A DNA stretch of 64,000 nt from Paecilomyces variotii (taxonomy: Eukaryota), in NCBI GenBank assembly GCA_004022145.1, contig RCNU01000001.1. One strand, 5' to 3'. The translations under genes and the position numbers were made by a program. The notes under the pieces are model-generated. The model was not told the origin of the DNA, ran no database searches, and was given only the letters and a program-made list of their open reading frames with translations. This document shows positions 49,591 through 62,402 of this stretch, piece after piece (position 1 is the first letter of the stretch; every line of letters begins with the position of its first letter).

Positions 49591-51130
49591 CATACAAAAC
49601 AACGCTTCCAAGATGCGAGATTATTGAGATCTCTCCGGGGGCATATGCAATCTCAACGCGACGTTATCTTGCTACCTCGATGTCCGTCCGAACCTGGCCC
49701 GCTGTCGTCTTAACCTCGCGGTATGAATTACGATAATAATAGCTAGGCTAACTGGTAGCTACTCTCTTTAGTATCACCACACACTCAAGATGGCAACGAC
49801 CAACTCCTTAAGTCGCTTTCTATCAAACCTTGGCTTCGTCGCTAATCGTCTACTCTAAATCTTCTTTTCTGGACCATGGTATGGATTTATGCGAAGCGCG
49901 TCTATGGCAACTGACACTGCAACTACAGTAATTACACTCCCCAGCTCGGGCACTTAGTCGGCTCCCAGAAATAATCGGCATTTAGACCGAGCTCGGTCTC
50001 CACCATAAACAGAACCAAGGGATATCATCTTGATGAAGCAGTCGTGCGTGGCAAGTTCGACATTAAATCAGCACCGACAAAAAGATTGTCACTCGACTGA
50101 CCTCTTGTTGAAGACTGGTAAGCCAGCGACCGTGTGAACAAGATGCTTATGTGCTATAGATAGACGTGTCCAGATTGTCATCTTGCGCCATACTTGTCTC
50201 GGCTCACGCGAAGTAACCAAGTAAACCAACAGACCAGGGAGAACGATGGACTTTCGGCCGAAATAGCAGAGAAGAGTATGGACATGGATAGGCTGCTCTG
50301 GTCACAATGCGCCCCTCCCTAATAATAATAACTAGGGTGATGGTTATCAGGCGTCGTAACGGCCATCTATCCCTATAAGGTCTAGGATCAACGGTCCGCA
50401 CATTAAGCCATCCGGATCCTCGTGATCTCCACTAAATAAACAGTTTCCAGCAATGATAATCGAAGACGCTCGTAGTCTTCTTTGAACTAACTGTTCCCCG
50501 CTGGAGTACAACCCTTGCGCTGAAGGAAACTTGAAACCAAGACTTAACACTAGATACCTATCGTACAAGGATGTCATATGATAGCTCTTGATATCTTTCA
50601 CGTACGGTAAAAACCAAGTCAGCTACGGATAGTATCTGCAAGTTTCAATCGCACAGCACAATCTCCCTGCCGAATGTCGCCTGAAAGATGGACCATGAGA
50701 GGGCAAGGAAGTACCGCATTGGAAGAACTACCATTGGAATGCTGCGTACTCTGTACACTGTAGATCCATCCGGTACCGGATCTCGTCATATTGGTTATCT
50801 CTACGGAGTAGATCAAGCAGATGGAGTTCACGTTAGTGTCCCGATAGCTCTACTCCGCAATACTCCGTACAGGATAGCTAATCCCAATCACTTCGCAGAG
50901 AAACTTCCTACCCCTTGTCACCGAGATGGTCGTCTACAACGGGGAAAGTGTCGTGAGGAGAAACTGGGTCAACGCCATGGCCAACATCACTTGATTATTT
51001 CTCTCCTGTCGTTTCAGGGCCATAAAAGGAAGCGACGATCCTGCTTTTTCTTCTGAATAATCGCGCTCCCAAGTCTCTCGCATTGCGATTCCAGCCATTG
51101 TTCCCAAGGCCACAAGTTTACTCGTCCATA

Positions 51131-52897
51131 ATGAGAATCGACGCCTTCCTGTCAGTCTCCGCGCTGCTTGCTACTCTCCAAGGCGTCAATGGAGCGCCTA
51201 CGGGAACTGGGACCAATCCCCCATTGAGAGGTTCGGAGAATCTACTTGGTTACTCCCCGTCGAATACTCTCAATGATGAGAACACGGATAATATCCAATA
51301 CACACCGGTTCCCGGACAGAACGAGGATGCGAAGGTCGCTCCTTACTTGGACTTTGAAAACAGCGAGAACCCACAGCCGATTCGCGGTGACACAGGAGGG
51401 ACAGATCCTGGTCCCCGTAAGTACAGATAGCCAAATAGTATTGTTGTAGAACAGACTGACATGTCTCTACAGGGAACTACTACTACGACAGGATCAACAG
51501 CGACAAGTTGGCGCCTCCGGGGACTGACAATGGGGCGACCATTAACGCGATGTGGCCGATGGGTAAGTACCAATTGCTTCAAACTAGGTATAGACTAAGC
51601 TAATGCGCGTTTTATAGGTCTCAGTCACAACAGGTGAGCAGTCATGCCAATATTAAGTGTTATAAACTAAAAAAGAGACGCAGACTCGGCATTAAGGGTT
51701 CCGGCTGGGCCCGCCAGCAGAACATCAATGCGATGCCAGATGCAACGAAGATGGCCGGTGTAGATATGAGGCTGGAAGCTGGAGCGTACAGAGAGCTCCA
51801 TTGGCATGTGGCTGCGGAATGGTCCCTCGTTCTGAATGGATCTGTCCGAATCCAGGTTCGTTCACCCTCTTCTCGCGTATTTATCTAGAGCTAACTATGC
51901 TAGGCCGTTAACGAGAACGGTGAAACCTTTGTGGATGATGTCGGTGCTGGCGATGTATGGTTCTTCCCACCGTAGGTAGCCTGTCGTCACCGGTTTTGCT
52001 AGGTCATCTCTAACTTTCTCTCAGCGGCGTACCTCACTCTATCCAAGCTCTTGACAATGGGACGGAATTCCTCCTTGTCTTCGACGACGGCTCTTTCTCG
52101 GAAGACAACACGTTCCTTGCCTCGGAAGTTTTCCTTCACCAGCCTGTACGAAACACTCCGTGGTAAACCAACTAATGCAGTGCTAACCCTTCCTTAGAAA
52201 GAGGTACTAGCGAAAGACCTAGATCTCCCTATTTCGGCCTTTGACAACCTTCCCGGAGATGAACTCTACATCTTCCCTGGGACCCCCGCTCCTAAGGATA
52301 TCCAGGAGCAGAACGTGACGAACTCTGCAGGCGTCATCCCGCAGTCCCAGTCTTACTCCTATCACTTTTCGGAACAGCCAGCGCACGAAGTTGCCGGTGG
52401 TAGCGTCAAGATCATCGACCCTCTGACCTTCCCCATCGCCTCCAGTTTCTCCGCGGCCATTGTGACGGTCAAGCCAGGCGCGATGCGTGAAATTCACTGG
52501 CACCCAACCAGTGACGAGTGGACTTTCTTCATCTCTGGCCAAGGTCGTGCGACGCTCTTCACTGCTCCTGACCAAGCAACCACGTTCGACTACCATGGGG
52601 GAGATGTTGGCTACTTCCCCCAGTCCAACAGTCACTACATCGAGAACACGGGCAGCGAAGACCTCGTCTTCTTGGAGGTGCTGCAGGCGGACCAATTCAC
52701 TGGTGAGTTACCGATATCTCCTTCATCCTTTTCACCAGCACCTGCTAATGGCTTTGGTAGATATCTCGTTAGGCCAGTGGATCGGAAATGTCCCCAAGCA
52801 GATCGTTTCCGACACCTTGAGATTGAGCAACGAGAGTCTGAACAGCCTCAAGAAGGAGAAGCAGTATGTCGTTTCAGGCAAGTACCCATCTTCGTAA
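51131..52897 (+). CDS. oxdC: Secreted oxalate decarboxylase (bicupin), 8 exons
   Basis: Signal peptide, PQPIRG, GWARQQN, YRELHWHVAAEW, PHSIQA, lid FSEDNTF, MREIHWHPTSDEW and HYIENTG. Seven introns, with a 16-nt micro-exon at 51618-51633. Confidence 0.93.
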
Positions 52898-53278
52898 TGG
52901 GACCAGCCTTCTGTCTATGGGAGGAGCCTTATCCATTACGTCCGTTCGCTGTTCCTGTAGATAAGGACTGTATTGTGTTGTGATAGTCTAGTTAACTGTT
53001 GAGGTTTCTCAATATGGTACGGACTATTATCTCCGTCCGGAGGAATTGATACTTAAGGTTGGACTAGTAGGAGTCAATCAAATCGCGCTACAAAAACTGC
53101 AGCTTCAAGTATAATATCTACCAAGCCTCTTCCCGTGTAAATTCAAATAGATCCACGAATTAAAAATGAAAATAGAAATGCAGCGAGGTTCTAATCTGAA
53201 GAAAAACTAGATAGATGGATAATGTAAGTCGTGGCAAATTCCGCAGGAAAAATAAAGGTACGGGCAAAAAAATGAAGC

Positions 53279-53366
53279 TGCGCAAGGGGAGAGTCGAACT
53301 CCCGACCTTCTCATAATCGTACCATTTAATACGAGTGAGACATAATAACCACTATACTACTCGCGC
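53279..53366 (-). tRNA. tRNA-Thr(CGT) with 15-nt intron
   Basis: Cloverleaf with acceptor GCGCGAG/CTTGCGC, anticodon arm TCTCA-CT CGT A[ttaaatggtacgatt]A-TGAGA and T arm GGGAG-TTCGACT-CTCCC. A T-run follows downstream on the minus strand. Confidence 0.95.
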
Positions 53367-54081
53367 TAGGCTTCATGCCGACAATTTCCAGCTTCTGACT
53401 TATTAGATTTTCTCATAGCTGATAAATAGTCTGCGAGTAAGTTATTTCTTTATTTTTGGGCTAAATAATAGAGAGGAGATGGTTATTCATTGCATAATAC
53501 ATACTTATGTAAATAATTTTCTTAGGGTAAAATAAATAGACTCGCATGTGTTTCTCCAAGGCGGGACGTTTTGAATCCGGTACTCGCTCTCATCGATTAT
53601 GATGCCGAATTTCGCCAACAGACAGGATATGGATAGCGAGAAATCAACGCCCTTGGGCTCTCCGCACCGTGACCCCGCAAAGGTCTCCAAGACTGGCTCA
53701 TGCGAGTCTCCCCATGTAGTATTTTCTGGCAAATTTTCCGGACTACATAGCAGGTTTGGCGGTTCCAGCCGTGTTTATTATATACGATTTTGGCAGGTCA
53801 TTATTGTCTATACAGTACAATACTCCAGATCTGTCCAACACAACATAATGGGCATGCAGCAGCTGTGATAGCAGACAACAACATGAGCCACTGCGGAGTA
53901 AGTAGCAGGGATAAGTCTCTGTTGTCTCTCTTCTGTCACTCAGGGTATGCTACAGACGACGGTGGATGTTCGCTATCGCTCGGACTTGCGCTACAAGCTG
54001 GCATACTTGTATTTATGTATTATATTCATTAGCTTGCTCGTATAATAAATACAGCTATTCTATGCATGCACACCCAGCTCA

Positions 54082-54405
54082 TCATTTGTCAATCTGCAAG
54101 CTGATCAAATGAAAGTATTTTTGTGATCCATGCACGTCATTCTCCATGGTCCTCCGGATGAGAAATTGGTCCCATTCCGTCGGCGCGGGATGGTGGCTTT
54201 GAATGCGAGTGCTGGATCAAAGAAACTGCACCAGACAATGTCCTCGAAAGCAATGTCGTAGAGTCCTGCGATCCGCTGCGGAGTGAGGATCCCCAACTGT
54301 TTGATTCTCTCATATGTAGCTTTGTCTTCGAACATGACGTCCAGAGTGATCTCAAATGGACCTGCGTTGTTGGAGCGGATGACCCTGGCTATATGTCCGA
54401 GAGTA
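54082..54405 (-). pseudogene. DUF4387-like domain fragment (C-terminal domain of AtuA/DUF1446-type proteins)
   Basis: TLGHIARVIRSNNAGPFEITLDVMFEDKATYERIK...FFDPALAFKATIPR...GG, then a frameshift to MENDVHGSQKY. No upstream AtuA domain is visible. Confidence 0.7.
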
Positions 54406-54607
54406 CAGGGCTGTTGCTCATGATATATTCGTACTTTGGCCCGTGACTAGCTCGCGTATCTAGACGACTCCCGAGAACTCTATTGCTTCTTTTTGGACAT
54501 TGGTCTTGTGAAGCGAGGACCTGTGAATTCCCGGGTGTAGTTAATGTATGTATGTACATGCAAGCCTCCCTCTTGACGGGTTTCTCCCACGCATTTCTAG
54601 CTCCACC

Positions 54608-54670
54608 CACAGAGATAAATAGGCTGAGCTAGTTGCTAGAGAATTCAAGCTCAGCCAGCTTCGCTCCAGA
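54608..54670 (+). repeat. 63-bp direct repeat, copy 1
   Basis: CACAGAGATAAATAGGCTGAGCTAGTTGCTAGAGAATTCAAGCTCAGCCAGCTTCGCTCCAGA; 60/63 identical to 56766-56828. Confidence 0.9.
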
Positions 54671-55539
54671 GTTAATTTTCCCACTTCCAGCATGGCATTT
54701 AGGCTGTCTTTGCTGTCGGAGATCCAGGCAGACCAACAAGGAGTTCTCCTTTTTGGTCGACTGGCAGAAAGCCATTAATACCTGAACTACTGGTAATGGC
54801 GAGGTTCGGTTCATCTCTATATCTAACGAGGAAGAACGACCTCGATACAGAATCCATTAGCACACGGGGAGTTTCGTGCACTTAGCTTAGATGCATTTTC
54901 AGTATTGCAATACCCAGACACCGTATTCCTCAATCTTCCTCCTAATCGAGACAAATTCGATCCAAAATACAATCCTGTCGGAAAGTCCTTTTGGCGCCGT
55001 ATTGATCGAGAAGGGGGACCAAACCTGACAAGATGTTCAGGAAGATTTGGAATGCTCTCTGTCGTATCCATCATAACATGAGACAGAGACCCCAAGCATT
55101 CCAAGAAGTAAAATGACAGCAGAAGTAAGGAAAGCAAAGGCCGAGACGTGCGGACCTAAAGCCTATACCGAACGTGGAAGCTCTCATCTCTCGCGCCCCT
55201 GACTCCGAATCTTTTTCTTCTCCAGGCAACATCTCTTCTCTGCAGGCTGGTTCTGTTATGTTTTTTTCTTCGTCAACTTTAACTTCAAGGATAACTTTGG
55301 TAAGTCAACTCCCCCTAGGCATATATGACCAATCTGGAAGAACGTTATTTTGTCAGCAGTTCTCCTTTTTTACCTGTTTGTATATATTTTGCGCGCTTTA
55401 TATATCTGAATTCGCATGCTGATAAATTGTAGTTACATGACTATATCACTGTCGCTTTTCTCCTTTATAGAGCCTATACTGAGTATAGAGGAGCTCTTGC
55501 CTAATATCCCGGCCGGCATCCAGGTAATTGTTTGCCTGT

Positions 55540-56110
55540 GACTATATTGAGCAAGTTCCGTGTGCTCCTGCCCCTGTTGTGGTTATTGCTCCAATTTATA
55601 AGTAGGAGAGTGGTGAACTTGGCCTACGTTAACTCGGGGATGCCCCGGTCTATCTCGTCAATGGGAAACGGGTTGACAAGAACCCCTGGGAGGATGAATC
55701 AGTACCCAATATCGGCACAAATGATGATTTAAAGGAAAATGCGGCATTTAGCGGAACTATATATCTATCATCGACAGTCATCTCGGCAACAAGATACCCC
55801 ATGCATTTGATCGGGGAGATAGTATGCATACTCCTTGGCTCTACGAAACACACTGGGGACTTTGAAATAGTAGTGCCAAATGGATATCGCGATCGAGCCC
55901 GGGCTCAGTTGGTTCGCAATCCGCACTTTTTTTTGGAAGCAGCAGGATGCTGCGAAGTTATCGGATCAAGCTCGACGACGGCAATTACACCGTGGACATT
56001 TTGGAGCCACCCCAGATCAGCCATACTTACTATCGACGGCTGCAGAGTTTTGGGCCCATCTCTTTTGCTGCTGTATAAGCGGGTTTTGTATGAGGAGAGG
56101 TTTTCTCTTG
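55540..56110 (+). pseudogene. Decayed fungal nucleotidyltransferase-fold gene
   Basis: IIDSHLGNKIPHA, then a frameshift to IGEIVCILLGSTKHTGDFEIVVPNG...LTIDGCRVLGPSLLLLYK. This resembles the GG.A..LLGS.R.T.D.D NTase signature. In-frame TAG and TAA stops lie upstream. Confidence 0.5.
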
Positions 56111-56322
56111 AACTTAGCCAATTCGGTTTTTTTCTTTTCTCAGGCCTTTTAGGTGCTGGGGTCTCTGAATGGTTTTGCTCCTTACTACGCAATCAAGAAA
56201 GTAAGAACGCCTGCTTGCCATCACATATCACACTTTCTAAGTTGGCGCTCCCCGGAGCTGAGTAGTTCAACACTCCTCAGGGTTTCGATTGTTCCGCAGG
56301 GCTCATTAAACAAGCTTCACTT

Positions 56323-56880
56323 GTGACCTTCGAAGCTTGGCTAGATGACAGCTATATCGACTGCAGAGGCCGCATTGTCCTAGACTCCCAAAATCTCAGA
56401 ATCATTCTCGATATCGGAGACCAAGGTCCGGACAAGCCCAGTGCTCAGATAATATTCAGTCTCGAAAACTGCCGGGTCAATATGGGAATTGAGACCCAGG
56501 GCGATCCCCGCTACGGGCAGGTTCAGACTGCTTGCACGCGAAGGCCACGGCTATTTGATAGTTTCGATAAGACAGAGCTCTGGGTTGTTGAGATGCGAGG
56601 TCCTCCACTTCGGACTGGGAAAAGCTGGGAACTCGAAGAAAAGTTCAGACAGCCCTGGGACGAAATATACGAAGCGGCCTTGGATAATGGGGCCCAAATG
56701 GTTATCTGCAAGGCATACAACCCTAGACACGAGTTAAGGCGAGAGGAGATGTCGGAGCCTGCCTACACAGAGATAAATAGGCTGAGCTTGTTGCTAGAGA
56801 ATTCAAGCTCAGCGAGCTTCCCTCCAGAAGAGATCCAGTCTTGGCAAACGAACAAACCAAGACGTGAGAAAGGTTTATGA
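56323..56880 (+). CDS. Hypothetical protein or gene fragment of unknown function
   Basis: 185-codon open frame with protein-like composition but no ATG at the called start. It contains copy 2 of the 63-bp repeat. Confidence 0.35.
   Translation: MTFEAWLDDSYIDCRGRIVLDSQNLRIILDIGDQGPDKPSAQIIFSLENCRVNMGIETQGDPRYGQVQTACTRRPRLFDSFDKTELWVVEMRGPPLRTGKSWELEEKFRQPWDEIYEAALDNGAQMVICKAYNPRHELRREEMSEPAYTEINRLSLLLENSSSASFPPEEIQSWQTNKPRREKGL
56766..56828 (+). repeat. 63-bp direct repeat, copy 2
   Basis: 60/63 identical to 54608-54670. Contains the perfect inverted repeat GCTGAGCTTG/CAAGCTCAGC. Confidence 0.9.
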
Positions 56881-57789
56881 TGCCAAGGATCTTGGTTTCT
56901 CTTTTCTTTTCTTTTCTTCTTTTGAAAATACCTGGGCCGGCAGGAGGACAACGTGGAGACCAACGATGATGAGATTATGGAGATAGCTGAGGGAGAGTGA
57001 AAAGTCCTTGTGGAGATATTACCATGGTTAAAAGTGGCCTCTTAACCAAAGCTGCTAGCCATATTTGTACATGTACCTAACTAGGTACCTAAGTATGTGT
57101 ATCCCGTGGCGTTTATCAATATGTTAAACGGTGTTAGGCTATGACGCCGATGTGGTGTGGTAGCTATGTATACTGGTGACAATTCCCGCGGGTCAGATAG
57201 TCGAATCCACGTCCGCGTGGTGTATAGGTAGATAAGACTCGTTATTAATGAAACCATTTCACAGATCCTTGCTAAGTGCTCCTACAAGATTATAGCTTGG
57301 TGGGTGCCGATTCCAGAATAATCATACAAATTACATGGTAGGGCATCAAAGCGGCGGCTCGCTGCTGACACCGTAAATGGCCTCCAATGCGGTCATTTGC
57401 AGCCAATCCCACAGGTACTCACATTCTATATGTAACTCCGTGGGTCCAAAATGCGCTGAGGGTATCTTATGATAAAGCCCTAATGCGGAGATGCAAGCAG
57501 CACTGAATCATGCAATAGGATCAAGATGTTGCGATTGATGCAATTATGAGTTTACTCCCGTTTCCTGGCCGCTAAACCTGCACTGGTATAGTCGTGAGCT
57601 ATGTACAAGAAGGATAAAGGCAGAAGCGCATATTCCAAAGAAACGCCCGACAAATGTTGGCCATCAAGATGCTGATGCATGAAATAAAACCCTGTTCATC
57701 ACGGCGAAAGCTGGTGTGGCCCGGCACTGCCAAGCTTGTCGCTAACCGCCATATGTCCTAGAACACCCGTATCCAGACTGATTTAACCC

Positions 57790-60700
57790 TTATGGTTCCT
57801 TTCTCCTGGGATCCTTTGCCGGCTCTGAGTTCAAGCTAACAGATACGTACTCCTCATCTCCGCCTTGAGCCCCGACTGTCACCCACACGTACTTGCCCCC
57901 GTGACCGCCAGATGCTAAGCGTTCTTGAACACCCTCCCAAAAAATCTCGGCAGGATAGCGGTTACGCGGGTTACCTTCGGCATCTGGCATCGGTCGAGGT
58001 GGCGGCCTTCCACCAAGTCGACCCCATTTGATCCAGCCCTTCAGGACCTGCCTGATGAAGTCTATCTTCTGTATGAACGCATTTGCCTCGAGGATCTCGC
58101 GGATTCGCTCATCTGCTGCATTGGTGGGCGGAGTACTTGCGATAGCAAGCAGGATTGCGGCCTCGTCCGAAGCCGCAGCGCGAGTATCGAATCCGGACGG
58201 ATGCATTTTCCCCTTGGAAGCGAGATAGCGCGCCGCAGAGGGGGACAGGTGATAGAAGTCAATCCATGGAGATGAGTTTCGGCCTCTTCCATGGGAGATA
58301 ACGAGCTTAGTGTGATCGGGAAAGTTGAACTAGCAGGTCGTTAGCGAATTGAAGATAAGAAATAGCTGATGTTGGTTCAAGTACGTACCTGGAAAGCACC
58401 GTCACCAAACCCCCACACACCGACATTACCTAGTCGCTGGTAAAATTTGATGTAGTCACCAGAACTAGGTCTCGATGCAAGATCATCATCTGAGAGTCCT
58501 TCGTCACCGTGTCTACCCAATGAGCCTATCATATACTTTCCAAACTGGTCAACAAGCTTGACACGTTTGACCTTCTCGGCATCGCACTTTGCAGAGTCAA
58601 TACCAGCATCCATTCGAGCCTTGATACCGGCAAACCCGACACCGTTTTTACCTGAACCGTGAACTTCGAACAATGACGGCTGTACCATTACTCTTCGAAT
58701 ACCGCGACGTTCGCGCAGGCCGGAATCGCAGTTCTCGTAGAATTCAATGGGTCTTCCGTCTTGGGGAACATATTGGTCCACATAGGAATAGGTATAGCTT
58801 CCATCCCGACTTTCAAGACACCGTACCTTACGGCGGATATGTTTCTCGCCATCTCTTACCACAACGCCAGTTGCCGGTTGACCATTTTCGGCCTTGAATA
58901 CACATCCAACACTACCGTCATTTAGGACATATCCAATCCCATAACGATTAGTGTAGTCGACCCATTTGAGCACGTACACATGCGGGCTGCGACGCACCGA
59001 CTGTTGAGGTCGTCGTCGAGTTGACGGATATGGTACCAGATTGGTGAGCATGAGCCTGATCTCTGTCACTACATCATCAGGCGAGGATCCATGCACCAAT
59101 TCGGGCTTTTCCTCCGGATGCATAAGAGGATAAATGCCCAGTGTCGATCGCGGCTTGCCTCCCGTTGAAGACTTGTTCCTGCCATGCGTTATGGCATTGG
59201 CGTTTTCCTCCTCAGAGGTCGATGGACGGCGCTCCATGGCTTGTCTTTCCTCGCGGGACATTGGCCTATCATTTTCTTTCGTATTAGGCACAGGTTTGAT
59301 CTCCGATCGTGATGCAGATCTGGTGACCCTTGGCCGTTCTCTATCTGTCCGCGGATGTGTTTCTGTCGGCTCAGACCCTCGGCGTGGTGCCGTATCGACT
59401 TCTCGAGCTGGGCCCCTGTCTGGGCCCCTGTCTGAGCCCCGGCTTGGTGCCCTGTCCGATCCTCGACTTGGGGCACGGTGAGAATGAGAAGGCATCGAAG
59501 GAGGCATAAAAGGAGAGCGGATGGAAGGAGAAGGCGCGGAGGGAGGAGGAACAGGGGCGAAGTCAGGGTCAGCAGCCTCGATCTGTCTCTTCGATTGAGC
59601 TCGAGTTTTGCCGACAGTTAGACCAGAGGGAACACTGGAGGATTTAGGCATTGGGGGTGCCACTATTCGATCTAGGTCACGAAGGGTAGCCGAGTATGAT
59701 GCAGCTACTCCTCGCTGAGCACGAATTGGCCGGTCTGAAAGCCCGCCTGTAGGGGCAGGAACGGGAAGATCTGGATCTGGATCGGGCCTTCTGGGGGGTC
59801 CCATGGGCCGAGTGGCCGTCGACGGTAGGCCACGAAGAGTAGCAGCTTTCCTGGAAGAAGGATGAATGGGTAGAGCTTGCTGGCGGAGGGTTGCTGCATG
59901 ACTTTGAGGTTGTGCATCCAATCGGCGCATTTGCGCAGCTGCCAGAGCGGCCTGCGTCCTGGCCATAGTTGCTGGATTACTTTTAAGGGAGGCAGCAAAC
60001 ATCTCTTGACTGTCATCTTCTTCTTCCTCGAAGCTATCCGTCGTCGGAGACTCGTCCTGGGCGCCCAGCTTGGGAATACTCCAATCACCATCTGGGATGT
60101 GAGGATACTTGTAGACAAAGTCCTCCGGCAAAGGAATCACAGGCTGTAGTCCCTTTTCATCCTCCGAAGCGCACTCCGAATAAGCGGTCTTGTTGCAATT
60201 CTTGCCCACAGACTTCCGTATGGACCCATCAGGTTTCCTTCCCACTCCGCATTCTGCGTAGAATTCTTCTTTGCAGGCAAGATAACGCTGAGCAGGATCA
60301 TCCAGATAGGCTGTTCTGCTTCTGTACTTCTCATCATAGGCCAAACTGTAGCCGGTCGTCATACAGTCTCCCTGGGGATTCTCGTTCTCAAGCCAGATGG
60401 GCCGCGTCAAGCGACAGGCAGGATCGAGCTGGGCTGGTATGCAGCCATTGTACATGTGGAAGAAAGGATGCTCGACAATATCATCCGGTTCGGGTCGCTC
60501 CTCTTCTGCCAGATTGAGACAAGTCGCAACCAGGGTTTTCGCCTCCTCGGGTATGTGGTTGAAACACTCGTTATCCTTGGGCCAGACGTAGCTGAGGTTC
60601 CTCACTTTCTTGTATATTTCTTCTTGGGTCTTAGATTGAAATGGAGGGTAGCCTGTTAACATTGCGAAGCTGAAGTAATTGTCAGTCCGCTGGCCGTTCT

Positions 60701-61542
60701 CTTTCCGCACGACCGCATCAACCGTTGGCTTACCAGATAACCCCCAATGACCAGATATCGACTTTCTGCGTGTGTCCTCCTTTGCTCCTATCGAGTACCT
60801 CTGGTGCGATATAGTTTGGTGTTCCGCACAGTGTCCTCCTCCGTTTCTCGTCCTTTTCGGAGACGATGACCGCTGCTAACCCGAAATCACCGACCTTGAT
60901 GTCCATATTCTTGTCTAGAAAGAGGTTCCCCATCTTCAAATCTCGATGCGCGACGTTTCGCTTGTGCATGTATTTGACCGCACCGCAGAGCTGGACCATG
61001 AACCTTCTGACCTCCGGTACCGATATACATTTCCTTTTCCGTACCATGTCCATGACCGATCCATTGGGGCACAACTCCAGGATCACGTAAGTGCATCTGT
61101 CAAAGGGGAATGCGCGAAGGAACTGAACGATATTCGGATGTCGCATTTTCGAATGGATTTGGAGTTCGGTCCGGAACTGTCACAGTATGTCAACTTCAAC
61201 GTATCTCAGGGGTCGGGGTTGCAGTCAAACCTTCTCTTCCATCTTCTTCTGGCCCATCTCCGACCTGACCACTTTCATCGCAAACACCCGGCCATTGCGC
61301 AGCAGCTTTCCTTCATAGCAGACCGCAAAACCTCCCTTCCCCAGAAACGCGCCCGTGGCGTATCTCTCCGCATCTTCTCCTGGCTCAGTTACAACCGGCG
61401 GCGGGGGCGGTGCATGGTGCTTCGGGGGTGGTGGCCTTTGAGCGGCCGCGGCAGGCGCCGCCCTCGGTCCTGGCTTTGGTGGATTCACGGTGGCTTTTGG
61501 TTTCAATCGCAAGTTGGTTGATCGGGGTGACAATGCTTCCAT
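57790..61542 (-). CDS. plkA: Polo-like serine/threonine kinase (PlkA/Cdc5), 4 exons
   Basis: LGKGGFAVC, FAMKVV, HRDLKMGN, GDFGLAA, TLCGTPNYIAPE and GYPPFQ kinase motifs. Polo-box segments KWVDYTNRYGIGY and FQ|FNFPDHTK. Three introns. Confidence 0.96.
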
Positions 61543-62402
61543 CTCGAGGCACCGCGGACAGGCCCCCTGCAGGCTGTTTCAGAAGTCACAAAACCGTTGA
61601 GCTGGCGTGACGGTCCATGGAAAGCACAATGCGACAGGTTACGAAGGTCGTGACGGTCGTAATATTATGGCTAACAGAAGAGTAGATCTAAGGATGTTTG
61701 GGGTATCAGAGTTGCTGCGAGAAGAATCCGATTGCGCCTGGCAACAGTGATAGGCAACGGGTCAGTCCGAAACTCTTTGCGACCGAGCACCAACGCAGCA
61801 GGGTGGGGACATGGGAAATTAAAGCAGGACAGATCCTCGACTTACCAACTGCAAAGCCCTGAACCGAACTGTACAAACCTCAGCACGAAATCCCACGAAA
61901 CCCAGCGTCCGCTTGGTCCTGGCGACGGCTGTGGACTGTGGAGGGACATTCGAGGATTCTCCAGAAACAATCATTAGTTGGGTGGCTGAAAGAGGAAATC
62001 CGTAAACATTGGCTCCGGCGCCGGAAAAACATCCGGACCCCTGCCTGTTTGGACAAGTTGATTACATAATGCGGGACATAAAAGGCGATATGCAGCCAAT
62101 CAGCCAATCATTCCAGAAACGCGGAGAAACTACGCCGAAAAGGGCAACAGCAGGAATTATGCCGTAACGGCTTCATTCGGAGATAGGGAAAGCTGAAGCC
62201 TCACGCTGTCGACCAGCAGACAACCGACGTGATTCTTCAACACGAAACTCGAGATTCAACCGTCCTTCGTTCTCTTCTTATATTCCCGTATGGAGCTTTT
62301 CCTGATCTAACCTCCTTTGGCTCCTTTTTGCCTGAGGCTAATTTATTCTTTCTCCCCGCTCTATCTTACGCCGTGACGTGGACCGCTGCCTAGACCGTCA
62401 AG

